Origin: Felis catus
Lineage: Eukaryota
Assembly: GCF_018350175.1 (NCBI RefSeq)
Contig: NC_058382.1
Span: 50,346,001-50,410,000, forward strand
Length of the DNA stretch: 64,000 nucleotides
Reading direction: 5' to 3'
Part shown: piece by piece, positions 38,838-50,690 of the stretch
Numbering within the stretch: position 1 is the first letter of the stretch
Layout of the letters: the number at the start of each line of letters is the position of its first letter
Translations under genes and position numbers: made by a program
Notes under the pieces: model-generated
Databases searched by the model: none
Told to the model about the DNA's origin: nothing
The model's input: only the letters and a program-made list of their open reading frames with translations

Positions 38838-41489
38838 AACGATTTAGTTAATTTTGGAGGAACGGTCTGTACCAGTGTCACCAAGGTCCCAGATCTCAAA
38901 GTATCCAGAAATACGGAAAATAAAAAAAAATGATTAATGTAGTTTATAGTAGGAGGGCTTTAATAGATAATGAATTGGAATACAAATAAATGATTTGTTG
39001 TACTATGCCAAAATTATCATTTATTATACACGTAATGTAATATTTAATTAAAGCCTAATGAAGATGCATTATATATTATACGTTATATATAATTAGATCA
39101 TTATATATTAGATCATTGACTAACAGAGGAATCTACTTTTGACAATTTCATGTTGTAGTTTTCAAAAAGTTTATTTTCTTCTTAAAATTGGATATTCTAT
39201 GAATGTTCTATTTTATATTTTCAAGGCAGAACATTGGGAATGCCTACTCTGAAATTTGTATTTCACTCTATGTAAATTAACACCTGAAGAAAGAAGTAAG
39301 ACTAATAAATTTTAATAACAAAAAATACCAAAAGAAATATATAGATGGATATATTTCATGCATATGCCCACAGACTCCAGGCTCATAAGAGTTTGCATGT
39401 AATTGGAACCTGGGATGTGCAAAAGTCTGGCTCCCTGCCACAAAGATAAAAAGGAATTGAGGATTCCAGACAAAAAGGGAAAAGACAAAGGGAAGGAATA
39501 TTTATTAAGTCAGTGGGAGAACTTTTCATCCAGACTCAGTAACATAAACAATTAAACCTACTCTGAAACACAGTCTTCTTTTGTTAAAATAAATGCCTTT
39601 GGTATTAAGAATCTAGGAACTGATCAGATGCCATGTTAGAGAAGGAATGAGAAGCAAAACTAATTTATTCTGCAGAAATGACTAGTCAGTTTATAGCATT
39701 AGGTAGACCATAAAAGTATGAGATAACTACTCAATAAAATGGCATTCAGATGCTTGTCAACAGAGTAAAAAAAAAATCCCTGGCACTGTTCTGCAGGGGG
39801 CAAGTGTTTAAAAATAGGTATCAGTGACAAAGGAAAGCATTGGGAATGTTTCTCATTAAAATCACAAATGGCACTGTGTTGGATGTGAGGACATACAGTC
39901 TGTAATGTAGAAATACAATTCAAAATTTCCTTTATAAGTTGGAGAAATGAAATGAACCATCAAAATAGATTGAAATTGAAGAGGGACATCATTGGCTCAT
40001 TGACTGTGCACTTCCATCGTTAAAGTTTCTCATCTGAAAAACAGACATAAAATCTGTAAACAGACAAAGGACAGAATCCCCGGTCACAGCATAGTTACGC
40101 GTAGCATGAAAAATTTTGATATAAAATCCATATGCATGCTTGATTCGCTTCTAAATGCCATGTGCACTAAATTCTTTTAAAACTCCATAGAGTAAATTTC
40201 AACTATTTAATTTTTGTTGAGGAAAAGATCGTTGTATTTTCAACAACTTTAAAAACCTGTTGAGATAATTGGTACTTCTTACTTTTAGATCTGTGCCTTT
40301 ATTTTGAAGGGGGAAAGAAAAAGATAATTTGAATGTCTGAAATATTTGAAGGCAAGCACTTGCTTTTTTGTGTATTCATGTGTACTCTGTATTTACTTTG
40401 ATGGGATTGCAAGTTCATCTATTTACACTGAAACCCAGTCAATAAACTAATTTATGCAGGATCGTTGGGAATATTCTTAAGAAGCTATTGATAGGATATA
40501 AATGTGTGCCATCTTCGGGCAGAACATGTATCTTCTTGCACATTTTACTCATGAGTCTCAACATTCAGTTAAGTTGCTTAAGCAACTTGAGGGGTTATCT
40601 TGTTTGTTCATTGTAGAACTTTAAGGAAGACAAGGTAGGTATTAATGTTTGCTTAAAAATGAGAAATTTGGAATTTAACAGCAGGAAACTATGGTACAAG
40701 AGAGGCACTAGATATTAAAAAGAGCACCAGATAATAAACCGGGAAAAGATCTGGCATTGGTTTTCACTCCAACTGGATGGATGGACATCTCTTGGTATCC
40801 TTTGGCCTTAGTATTTGCTAGTGTTGTTCTCGCCTACTGATTATTTCTAAAATATGTAATAATTTAATACATCCTAACCATTTCCTTGCCTTTGTGATTC
40901 TTCCCATCACAGGTATGCTCCCCACCTTTGTCAGTCGTGTAAACATTTAAAGTAGTACTACACACACAGGGAGTAATAAATGCTACGGCTTAATGTTATT
41001 GTTGTTATTATCTATTCAACAACTATTTGTTGAATATGTATAATTGTTATGCTGTGCATCATATTTAAAAAGGGGAAAACATATAACACACACACACACG
41101 ATTTCTGTCTCTAAAGATTTCTGTCTTTATAGTCTAATGGGGCTACAAAAGGCATCTATTCAAAATCTAATTCTCCCCATCATGCTGCAACAGCTGCTCA
41201 GGTTTTATAAGACAGAGTTCATTGCTCTGACGTGTCACCCAAAGCCTTCCATAATCTTACATTTCCCACAACTTTAGCCTTACTTATTGCCATTTGCTGT
41301 TTTACAATCATAGATTTCAACGCACCCACGTTTTTTTTTTTAATTTTCTTGTCTTATCTGCAAATTAGTCATGTAAAATCTCACCTCTGTGCCTTTGCGT
41401 TTGATATTTCCTTTCCTTGGAATTTTCTGGAAACAATATAAAGCTGGATAATTGATACATATCCTTTAAGACTGGGCCCAAATTCTACT

Positions 41490-41609
41490 TTTTTTTTTTA
41501 CACCTGGTGCAGAGCCCAACGTAGGGCTTTGAACTCATGACCCTGAGATTAAGACCTGAGCTGAGATCAAGGGTTGGATGCTTAACTGACTGAGCCACCC
41601 AGGCACCCC
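41490..41609 (-). mobile_element. Short Can-SINE within an L2 remnant
   Basis: SINE head and T-tail; TSD aaattctacttt / aaagtctacctt. Confidence 0.85.
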
Positions 41610-41704
41610 AAAGTCTACCTTTTTTATGTAGCCTTCTCTGATTTTTTTTCAACTTCCAACCCTAGGCTGTGTGTTATTTCTGAATCTGATACATTGGTAT
41701 ATAA

Positions 41705-41911
41705 CAGTGGTTCTCAACCAGGGGCGGCTGTACTCCATAAGGGACATTTGGCAATGTCTGGAAACATTTTGGTTGTCACAACTGGGGTAATGCAGCTGGT
41801 ATCCATTGCATCCATACTACTGAATGTTCTACAATGCATGAAATAGGCTGCCACAACAAAGAATTTACCTTGTCCTCTATGTCAGTAGTGCTGGGGTTTG
41901 GAGACCTCATG
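41705..41911. mobile_element. MER20 (hAT-Charlie MITE)
   Basis: cagtggttctcaaccagggg...gggacatttggcaatgtctggaaacattttggttgtcacaactgggg. Confidence 0.9.
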
Positions 41912-43430
41912 TTGATAATTCTGCCTCCTCTACTACAATAGAAGCTTCCCGTGGCCAGTAGCTCTAATTTGTCTTTATGTCCTTAGCATCAAGTCCAAAG
42001 CCTGAAGCATGTTACATGATATTTGCTGAATAAATGAAAGAAGGGAGTGAAATATGCATGACTATATGAATAATCAGAAAGTGTTTGTTCAGTAGTAGAC
42101 ATTGACTGTAGTGAGACCAAGCGCAGTGCTTCCCAATTTGGGAATATAACTTTTGAATAGGTGGGATTTGGAAGAGGGAATAGGGATAGGGAAGAGAAAT
42201 TACAGTAACTGAGGATTAAAGTCCTATTACCAGAAAAGGAAAACTAAGAAAAACTTAATTAGAGACCCATGTATACAGTGACATTTTCAGTAGTGTAGAC
42301 CCTCATATATATGGATGGAAATGTTTGAATAATGTTTATTACTGCAACCAGTCAAAATTAAGGATATGTAGGGTTTCAATAAAAATGGTTATTTATCCTT
42401 TTATTAAAATTAGAGTTAATGTAATTTATCTAAATATTATTACAACATTGATTATTTAAGATGTGCTGTCTCAGTCTTTCTCTTTATTCCAAGCATAAAA
42501 TTCTGTGTAAGCAAATGCTTCCTTTTTATGCCATTAGTATGTGGTAGGTGAAAGAATTCTTATAAAATAAGAGCTACTTTAAACTGTCAAACTAAAATCA
42601 AATGGAAACAGTTTTGAAGTTTAAAATAGTTCTTTAAATTTTCATACCTTTCTGAAGTGTGTTATTTCCATCAATAAAGCCAGGAAAGCATTGAATTACC
42701 ACCAGAAGCAGTTCTTGAAATACTTCAGGTTTTGTAGAGAAAAATCCCCCCAAACTTGAAAAGGCTGGAAATCTCATGGGACACAGGTAGGAAGAGAGAG
42801 TTAAAAAGCTATGACAGAGAGTCTGAGATCCCAAACTTCCTTACAACTTCTAATAGTATCACATTTTCCAAAAAGGCTAACTGCAAGTGTAATGAGAATT
42901 TCCCATTCATGCTCGTAGATAATTAGGAAAACTCACTTATTAATGGATTTCCATGATTTCTCATTCCAGAATTGAAGGCTTCCCCCTCCTTGCCTTTCAG
43001 GTTCTTATAATGTATCCTTTTCTCCCACGTTCTTTCTTACCCTTGTTTTTTAACCTCAAAAAATAATTTGTGAAGTTTTTACATATAAATAGTCTCCACA
43101 TAGATCCATCTTTTAAATGTTCTCCCCTTTGAAAGCTTTTGACTAAAACTACCCACCAAGGAAATGCTCTCCGCAGATGTTGCCTGTGGTCTTTCTAAAC
43201 AATTGTTATTATATTTTAAATCACCACTTTCATCCGCACTAACATTTTATAAACAAAACATTCTCTAAAACTCTTTCTTCTTCCGTACAAAAGAATGTGA
43301 GTGTCTGACTCTTAGTACCACCTATTGCTTATCACTTAATTGCAGTTACATAGACATTTCTGACCCCAAATTTGTACGCAGTTGGAGTAACAGTTAAGTC
43401 ATAATGACTTACGCTAATCTTTTACACGCC

Positions 43431-43954
43431 TGCAGGTGGCTCCATGGCCACCCACAGATACCAAGTTTTAATCCCCAGAACCTATAAATGTTACTTTACG
43501 GGGAAGAAAGGTCTTTTCAGATGTGATGAAGGAAAGGCTCTTGAGGCGAGAGGATGGTTCTGTATTATCAGTATGGGCCCTAAGTGCAAACATAAGTGTT
43601 CTTGTAGGAAGGAAACAGGGGACGATTTGATACAGACAGAGAAGGAAAAAGACACACACAGACGAGGGGGAGGCAGAGTTTGCAGAAGAGGAGGGGGAGG
43701 AGGATCGTGCAGGCAGAGTTTGGAGTAATGTGATCACAAGCCAAGGAGTGCTCACCGCCCCTCCCTGAAGCTGAAAGAACGGATTCTCCCCTTGGAATCT
43801 CTTGGGGGAGCGCAGCCTTGCCGACAGCTTGATTTTGATCCAGTGACACTGACTTTAGACTTTGGCTTCCAGAACTGAGAGAGAATTAATTTCTGTTCCT
43901 TTAAACCCTTAAATTTGTGGCAATTTGTGACTGCAGCCACAGGAAGTAAATACA
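43431..43954 (+). mobile_element. MaLR solo LTR (MLT1D-like)
   Basis: taatccccagaacctataaatgttacttt...ggcttccagaactgagagagaattaatttctgtt...gcagccacaggaagtaaataca. Confidence 0.88.
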
Positions 43955-46813
43955 TGATACATGGCATCAAAATATATCTTAAGAAATGGAAAAAAAGGAC
44001 AAAAAATGAAAACTCCACTCATGGGCCCATGTATGAATGTTAATGAGGCCAATTCCCCCAGTATATATGGAACTCTAGAATCAGGTTTGAAGGAGAATTG
44101 GGAAATCATTTGGTGCACGTTGATTCCCAATACAGGAACTCTCTGTAATAACTTGTGTCTTGGTCGATCATCAAGCATTCACATGAGTCCCTTTCAGGGA
44201 CAGTGAGCTCACCAATTTTAAGGCAGTACCTTTAGTGGTTGGCCAGCTGTGATTCCTTGAAAGATGCGTGCATCATCGTAAAAATGAAGACAAGATGAAG
44301 TCATTCATTTGACAGATATTAATTGAGCATCTGTAATACATCAGACAACTCTTCAAGACCCTGGGATACAGCATAGTAAAGAAGAAGAAAAAGAGAAAAT
44401 CATTTTGTAACTTGTCACAGTGACCATGGGAAGCTAATATGTGCCTGATATAAATTTTAAGTGGAAATAAAGTAGTGTGTGCTGACCGAAGTAAGAAATC
44501 AATAATGAGAATAAGGGAATGCTAAAAAGAAAAGGAAAAAAAATGGGATTGTTGATAATAAAATGATGGACTTCATACATTAACAAGATGTTGAGGGAGG
44601 ATAAGTTTTTCCAAGCGGAAAATCAGGCCTAATATGGAAGCAATTACTTTGTCATTCATACTAAAAAGTTATTCATAACCTCTGGGCAGTGGAAGGTAAA
44701 ATGGGTTTTCATACAAGTATATAGTTGTTTTAAAAGAGGGAATAAAATAACTTACATTAGTTAATTATATCATATTCTTCTAAGAGAAGAAAAAAATCCT
44801 GAACATTATTTAATAAAAATATAGTTTGCTCTTCTGTTTAATTTTCACATACCTGTAGCTTTCTTAGTTCAGCATAGCGCTGAATAAAGTTGCTTAGACT
44901 ATCATGTCATAGCCTCTGTTAATACAGTAGAATCATATTAAGGGAGCCAGCATATATGGTATTGTGGGGAGAGGCAAGAACAGCAGATGCAAGACTTATG
45001 TCTATGCCTTAAAGACCAGATGGGCCAGATTATGGAGCACTTGCATGGCCAGGATGTAACGGGCAACAGAAAGGAATTTACTTTAAAAGTTAAGCAAGTG
45101 GAAGAAGGACATGGCAAGAGGATCATTAACGGAAACAGTTTAAGGCAGATGAGAAATAGACTGGAGATGTGAGGAATTGATGAAGGAATCAGTCAGTGAG
45201 CACTTGGTCTCTTTTGTACAGTAAGAAACATGGTGGCAGGAGGCGGGGGCAGAGAGGCCGACAATCAAATGAAGACCCTGCAGAACTTAATGATCTTTTG
45301 GACACAGGGGAATGAATGAAGAAGAGTCCAACATTTCTCCAGGTTTTTCATAGCAGGTGTTTAGGGAAAACATGAAAGGGAAAGAAAAAGTATGGAGGTA
45401 AGATGTGGTCAGATAAAAAGTAATGAACATGAACTTCTAAATAGAAGTATTCAGTGAGTAATTAGTCAGGTGGGAATAGAATAAAATAAGAAGCCAGAAG
45501 TTTGATTTTCCCAGTAGAAACGCACCCAGGGGCATCAGTCAATTTTATATTAAGACTTATTTTAGCTGATGGGTTTAAATTCCTCTCTGGCTCACTTTCT
45601 CTTACCCTGACTCAGAGAGGAAGGTGACATATGAGATTGAGCACAAAAAGACAGTGTGTGGCTTTGGTGAAGTGTCCTATTGGCCTGTAGGTAAGAAAGA
45701 ATTTATTCAAGCGGAACCTAAGAAATAATTTTAAAAAGTCTGACTAACGTGAGGACTAGTATTTGTAATGATAATACTCATTAGCAGCAGTCTCGAAAAA
45801 GGAACTACTGGAACTGGATTATTTGGTCATGAGAAAACAGTTTCACTGTCCATGCCGACCTGGGATGGAATCACGTTGGAATTGCAATTCCAGGGCTCTT
45901 TTTACAAGATGTGGGTATTGGACCAGATACTTCATCTGTCTGTATCTCAGTTTCCCTATCTGTAAAAATAAATATTTTCTTCACAGGGATACTGTAAGGA
46001 TACACTATTCATACTGTGGAAGAACAATACAACAATGCCTATCACAGTGCCTGACTCTTTATAGGAACTCAGTAAAAATTCTATTCTTTATACCCTTCTC
46101 ACCTCCCACAAACATAAAGAGAAAAAAAAATCTATTTTTAATAGGTAATGCCTGGTTAAGAAAAATGATCATATTTATATTTTGTGAACAGAGGTTCAGG
46201 TCAATATATAGGTAATAAAACTCTACCCTCAAGCTTATATTGTTGTACCTTTGAATCTATGGTATTGACTAAACATTTCTCAGGTTTTAGATTACATTGA
46301 GATAAAAAGAATGAGAAAAAATTGTGATGTAAAGCAGAAGGTTTTTATTTGGGAATGTTGAGCTTTAGTGTTCAAATTTTAGCCTTCGAGAATTTATTGG
46401 ACTATAAATTGATTACATGAGCACTGTTCTGCATATATAGTTCCATAAAAATGTAACGTTTAAACTTTCTTAATTTAAAAATTCAGCAAAAGTAACAATA
46501 TTTGCCATGTATTAAATATTTAATATGTGCTAATCGTGAAGACATTATCACACTTAATCCTGTGAAAACAAACTTTTCACCTCCTAGTTTGATGAAATAA
46601 TGTCAGATTTAAGTAAATGGTGGCAGTATCTACATATTTTAACACTTGAATAAAATAGCTTCACTGTGCCCACACTTAAGTCTAGGAAGCTTAGATGTAT
46701 TTAAAATTGTTGTGTTATATAATAGACACTCAAGAGGGCAAGCACATTAGCCCATTCAGAGCCTAGAAGAGAAGTGAGGACCAACATATTGTAGGATTAA
46801 GAAGAATTGCTTA

Positions 46814-47019
46814 GGGGTGCCTGGGTGTCTCGGTTGGGCGTTAGACTTCAGCCCAGGTCATGATCTCACGGTTCTTGGGTTTGAGCCCCAAGCCAGGCTG
46901 ATAGCTGCTGGCTGATAGCTCACAGCCTGGAGCCTGCTTTGAATTCTCTGTCTCCCTCTCTCTCTACCCCTCTCCTACTCACACTCTGTCTCTCAAAAAT
47001 AAATAAACATTGAAAAAAA
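46814..47019 (+). mobile_element. Felid SINE (SINEC_Fc2-like)
   Basis: Full body; TSD aagaattgctta (46802-46813) / aagaactgctta (47020-47031). Confidence 0.92.
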
Positions 47020-47992
47020 AAGAACTGCTTAAAACTGACTTTGGATAGTTGGGTTGGAATCCAACTGAGTTGTCATTAGAATTGATTTAATCCAGTGTAC
47101 CCTCCAGCATTTTATTTGAGGTAGATTTTGGGAGTTTAACTTTCAAGGCACACAGGATTAGAATTCTTTAAAAGGGTACAGGCATGACTAACATTGAGAG
47201 GAGTGATGAACACTTTTCAAACACTGGGTCCAGTTAGAGTTCTGGTCATTGACAGACGTAATGCAGTCTGAATCTCCGGTACATCTTCAACAGATGAAAC
47301 ATCAGCCGCATTTTAAGTTTCTTAGTTGGAAATGAAAAGCGTCTCTGATATTTTTGTGAAACAAATTCTATGACTGTGTGTTTAGCTTGAGGAAGAATAA
47401 ATAAAACACATCTCACCATTTGTGGCCACCTCTGTTTTGTTATTTAAGCATACTTAAGTCAAATGTTTCAGACCAGTTCAAGCAGGACCAGTTTAAGTCA
47501 GAGCTCTAGGAGATGGCAATCAATAGGGATTCAAATTACTCTAAGACTTCAATGTGTGGAACATTTAAGGGAGAAAACAATGTGAAATTAGGTAAACAAG
47601 CAACATGCTTAACAGAGAGTGGTTATACAGTTCATTAAGACAGACCATTAAGTCAATAAGGCAATGGCTGTGAGCATTTATTTGGGCCCTTTTTCTAGCT
47701 TTTCATAAGCTGATCTTGGCTTTGCAATAATTTATTTTTTTCTACAAATGAATACAGTAAATCAGCAAATGTGCAGATAATGAAAAATCAATGCATTCTG
47801 TCATGTTTCCACCTCTCTTCAGATAATTCTCACTTTAGAAAGAAACTTAAGCCATCAGATATTAAATATTTGAAGAAATAAAAGGACATATTGAAGGAGA
47901 AAATCATGTAAGATTTGAGGTCAATACAGGAAGTGTATTTGTGTATTTGTCTCAAAGCACTAGTAATGTCTTCTCTCATCTTCAAGTTACCT

Positions 47993-48169
47993 TCTTTTTT
48001 TTTAGAGAGAGAGAGAGAGAGCCTGTGAGTGGGGGAGAGGGACAGAGGGAGAGAGAGAATCTTAAGCAGGCTCCATGCTGACGTGGGCTCAATCCCACAA
48101 CCCTGGGATCATGACCTGAGCCAAAATTAAGAGTTGGATACTCAACTGACTGAACCACCTTGGCACCCC
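47993..48169 (-). mobile_element. Can-SINE
   Basis: SINE body; flanked by tcaagtta at 47982-47989 and 48170-48177. Confidence 0.9.
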
Positions 48170-48263
48170 TCAAGTTATTTTTTTTTAATCATTCTAATTT
48201 GCATTTCCCTTCATAATCAATTTTTTTACATAGATTCATACTCTACATTTAAAATGATGTGAC

Positions 48264-49433
48264 CTGAATGTGAGACAGGAAACCATCAAAACCCTAGAGG
48301 AGAAAACAGGAAAAAAACCTCTCTGACCTCAGCTACAGCAATTTCTTACTCAACGGATCTCCAAAGGCAAGGGAATTAAAAGCAAAAATGAACTATTGGG
48401 ACCTCATGAAGATAAAAAGCTTCTGCACCGCCAAGGAAACAATCAACAAAACTAAAAGCCAACCCACGGAATGGGAAAAGATATTTGCAAATGACATATC
48501 AGATAAAGTGCTAATATCCAAAATCTATAAAGAACTCACCAAACTGCACACCTGAAAAATAATCCAGTGAAGAAATGGGCAGAAAACATCAATAGACACT
48601 TCTCTCAAGAAGACTTCCAGATGGCCAACAGGCACATGAAAAGATGCTCAACATCACTCCTCATCAGGGAAACACAAATCAAAACCATACTGAGATACCA
48701 CCTCACACGGGTCAGAGTGGGTAAAATGATCAAATTAGGAGACTATAGATGCTGGTGAGGATGTGGAGAAACAGGAACCCCCTTACAGTGTTGGTGGGAA
48801 TGCAAACTGGTACAGCCACTCTGGAAAACAGTGTGGAGGGTCCTCAAAACATTAAAAATAGATCTACCCTATGACCCAGCAATAACACTACTAGGAATTT
48901 ACCCAAGCAATATAGGAGTGCTAATGCATAGGGGCACTTGTCCCAATGTTTATAGCAGCACTTTCAACAATAGCCAAATTATGGAAAGAGCCTAAATGTC
49001 CATCAACTGACGAATGGATAAAGGAGATGTGGTTTATATATACAACGGAGTACTACTTGGCAATGAGAAAGAATGAAATCTGGTCATTTGTAGCAACGTG
49101 GATGGAACCGGAGAGTGTTATGCTAAGTGAAATAAGTCAGGCAGAGAAAGACAGATACCATATGTTTTCACTCATATGTGGATCCCGAGAAACTTAACAG
49201 AAGACCATGGGGGAGGGGGAAGGGGGAAAAAAAGTTACAGAGAGGGAAGGAGGCAAACCATAAGAGACTCTTAAATACTGAGAATAAACTGAGGGTTGAT
49301 GGGGGGTGGGGGAGAGGGGAAAGTGGGTGATGGGCACTGAAGAGGGCACCTGTTGGGATAAGCCCTGGGTGTGCTATGGAAACCAATTTGACAATAAATT
49401 ATATTTAATATAAAAAACAAATCAGAAAAAAAA
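48264..49433 (+). mobile_element. 5'-truncated felid LINE-1 (L1_Fc-like), disrupted ORF2 C-terminus plus 3'UTR
   Basis: ORF2 peptides in ORFs 48567..48758 and 48946..49197; aataaa and A-rich tail; TSD taaaatgatgtgac at 48250-48263 and 49434-49447. Confidence 0.97.
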
Positions 49434-49566
49434 TAAAATGATGTGACTTGAAACCCAAAGGAGCTTATTCCTTAAATTGTCTCCCATTTGCAAATACTGG
49501 CAAGTAGTTGTCTTTCTATACATTCTTTTTATTAGTTTGCATATTTTATGGGTTATTTATTTATTT

Positions 49567-50008
49567 GTTAAATCACCCATAAATATTTATTTTCTCCATT
49601 TCTGTGGGTCAGGAATTCAGGAGTGGTTTGGCTGGGTGTTTTCAGCATGGCGTCTCTGGAGGTTGTAATCAAGTCAGCCAGTGCTGCAGGAATCTGAAGG
49701 GCATGCCTGGGTCTGGAGGATTTCTGTCAAGGAAAACTTCTTCATATGACTAGCAAGTTCATGCTGGCCACCAGCATGAAACCTCTGATCCCTGTCATCT
49801 ACAGCTCTCCATAGGGTTGCTTGAGTGTCCTTGCAACATGGCACTTGGCTCTCCAGAGCAAATAATCCAAAAGAGAGCAAGGTGAAGGCCTCAGTGTCTT
49901 TTTGCACCTAGTTTTGTCAGCCTGGTTCAGTGTGGAAAGAAACTACACAGAAGAATGAATACTAGGAAATAGGAATCACTGGGGACTGCCTTGGAGCCTG
50001 GCTCCACA
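49567..50008 (-). mobile_element. MaLR LTR (MLT1F/G/H-like), ending at its polyadenylation site; part of the KCTD13 retrocopy
   Basis: ttctgtgggtcaggaattcaggagtggtttggctggg...cttggagcctggctccaca; minus-strand AATAAA at 49586-49591; sequence stops about 19 nt later and an A-rich tract follows. Confidence 0.85.
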
Positions 50009-50221
50009 GGCCACCTTCTGGCCCCCTTGATTCAAATCCTTTCCATTGAAAAACAGCTGGCCCCTACCCAAGAGCCCCCGAAGTCTGATGCCACCACAGC
50101 ATCAGCTTGGAATACAGAATCTTGGCATCTCAGTTAGTCCGGGTACGATGAGGCTCCTTGGGTGTGGCTCCTTAACTACAGCTCCTGCAGTACGTTTCCT
50201 GTTGATCTGAAGACTTGTCAA
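50009..50221 (-). mobile_element. MaLR internal sequence (MLT1-int 3' end); part of the KCTD13 retrocopy
   Basis: ccaccttctggccccc...acagcatcagc...gatgaggctccttgggtgtggctcc resembles MLT1-int immediately adjoining the 3' LTR. Confidence 0.75.
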
Positions 50222-50690
50222 CAGCAGCGCTAGTGGGCAGTTCTCCGTCCAGGCCCAGGTACCAGCGTGCTCGCCCTGGCAGCTACCTCAGTTCTCCGGA
50301 ACTCTCTGGCAGTGACACAGACCTGCTCCGCAGGTAGCTGAGGGCTGTACCAGAGGGGTGGCCGCCCTGGTCCATCAGCACCCAGCCTCCCGCATCAGTG
50401 GTTGCCTCTGCGAGGCCGGTGAGGGTTTACGTTCAGCTTCACGTACTTGCTGTTCGGGGGCAGTGGCTTGAGATCTTCGGTGGTGGTGCCAGGCTCGAGA
50501 CCCCGAGGGCTTGGGGGCTTCCAGAGACACAGACTCAGGCCAGGGAGTGGTGATGGACGGAAATTCTATGCTCCGTGCCCTCCGAGGCTCCCAAAGACCC
50601 CTGAGACCCCTGCCCTTGGGCCAGACCGCCGGGCTCCCAGGGCCCCACTTGGCCACCACGCAACTACACTGGCCCTCAGCTGCCACCGCC
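50222..50690 (-). pseudogene. KCTD13: Processed pseudogene of KCTD13 (BACURD1/POLDIP1): 5'UTR + exons 1-2 (N-terminus and BTB domain)
   Basis: Minus-strand translation across frameshifts: SLEAPKPS / GLEPGTTTEDLKPLPPNSKYVKLNV / TLTG [54 protein letters not shown] / TENCPLALL, matching KCTD13 SLEAPKPSGLEPG...LKPLTPNSKYVKLNV...[37 protein letters not shown]...EDCQLALQ as I recall it. No intron; stop at 50283-50285; frameshifts and internal deletions. Confidence 0.93.

Noticed and set aside
40571..40588. Perfect 18-bp palindrome aagttgcttaagcaactt
   Set aside because: Roughly one such palindrome is plausible by chance in 64 kb of AT-rich DNA, and there is no supporting context.
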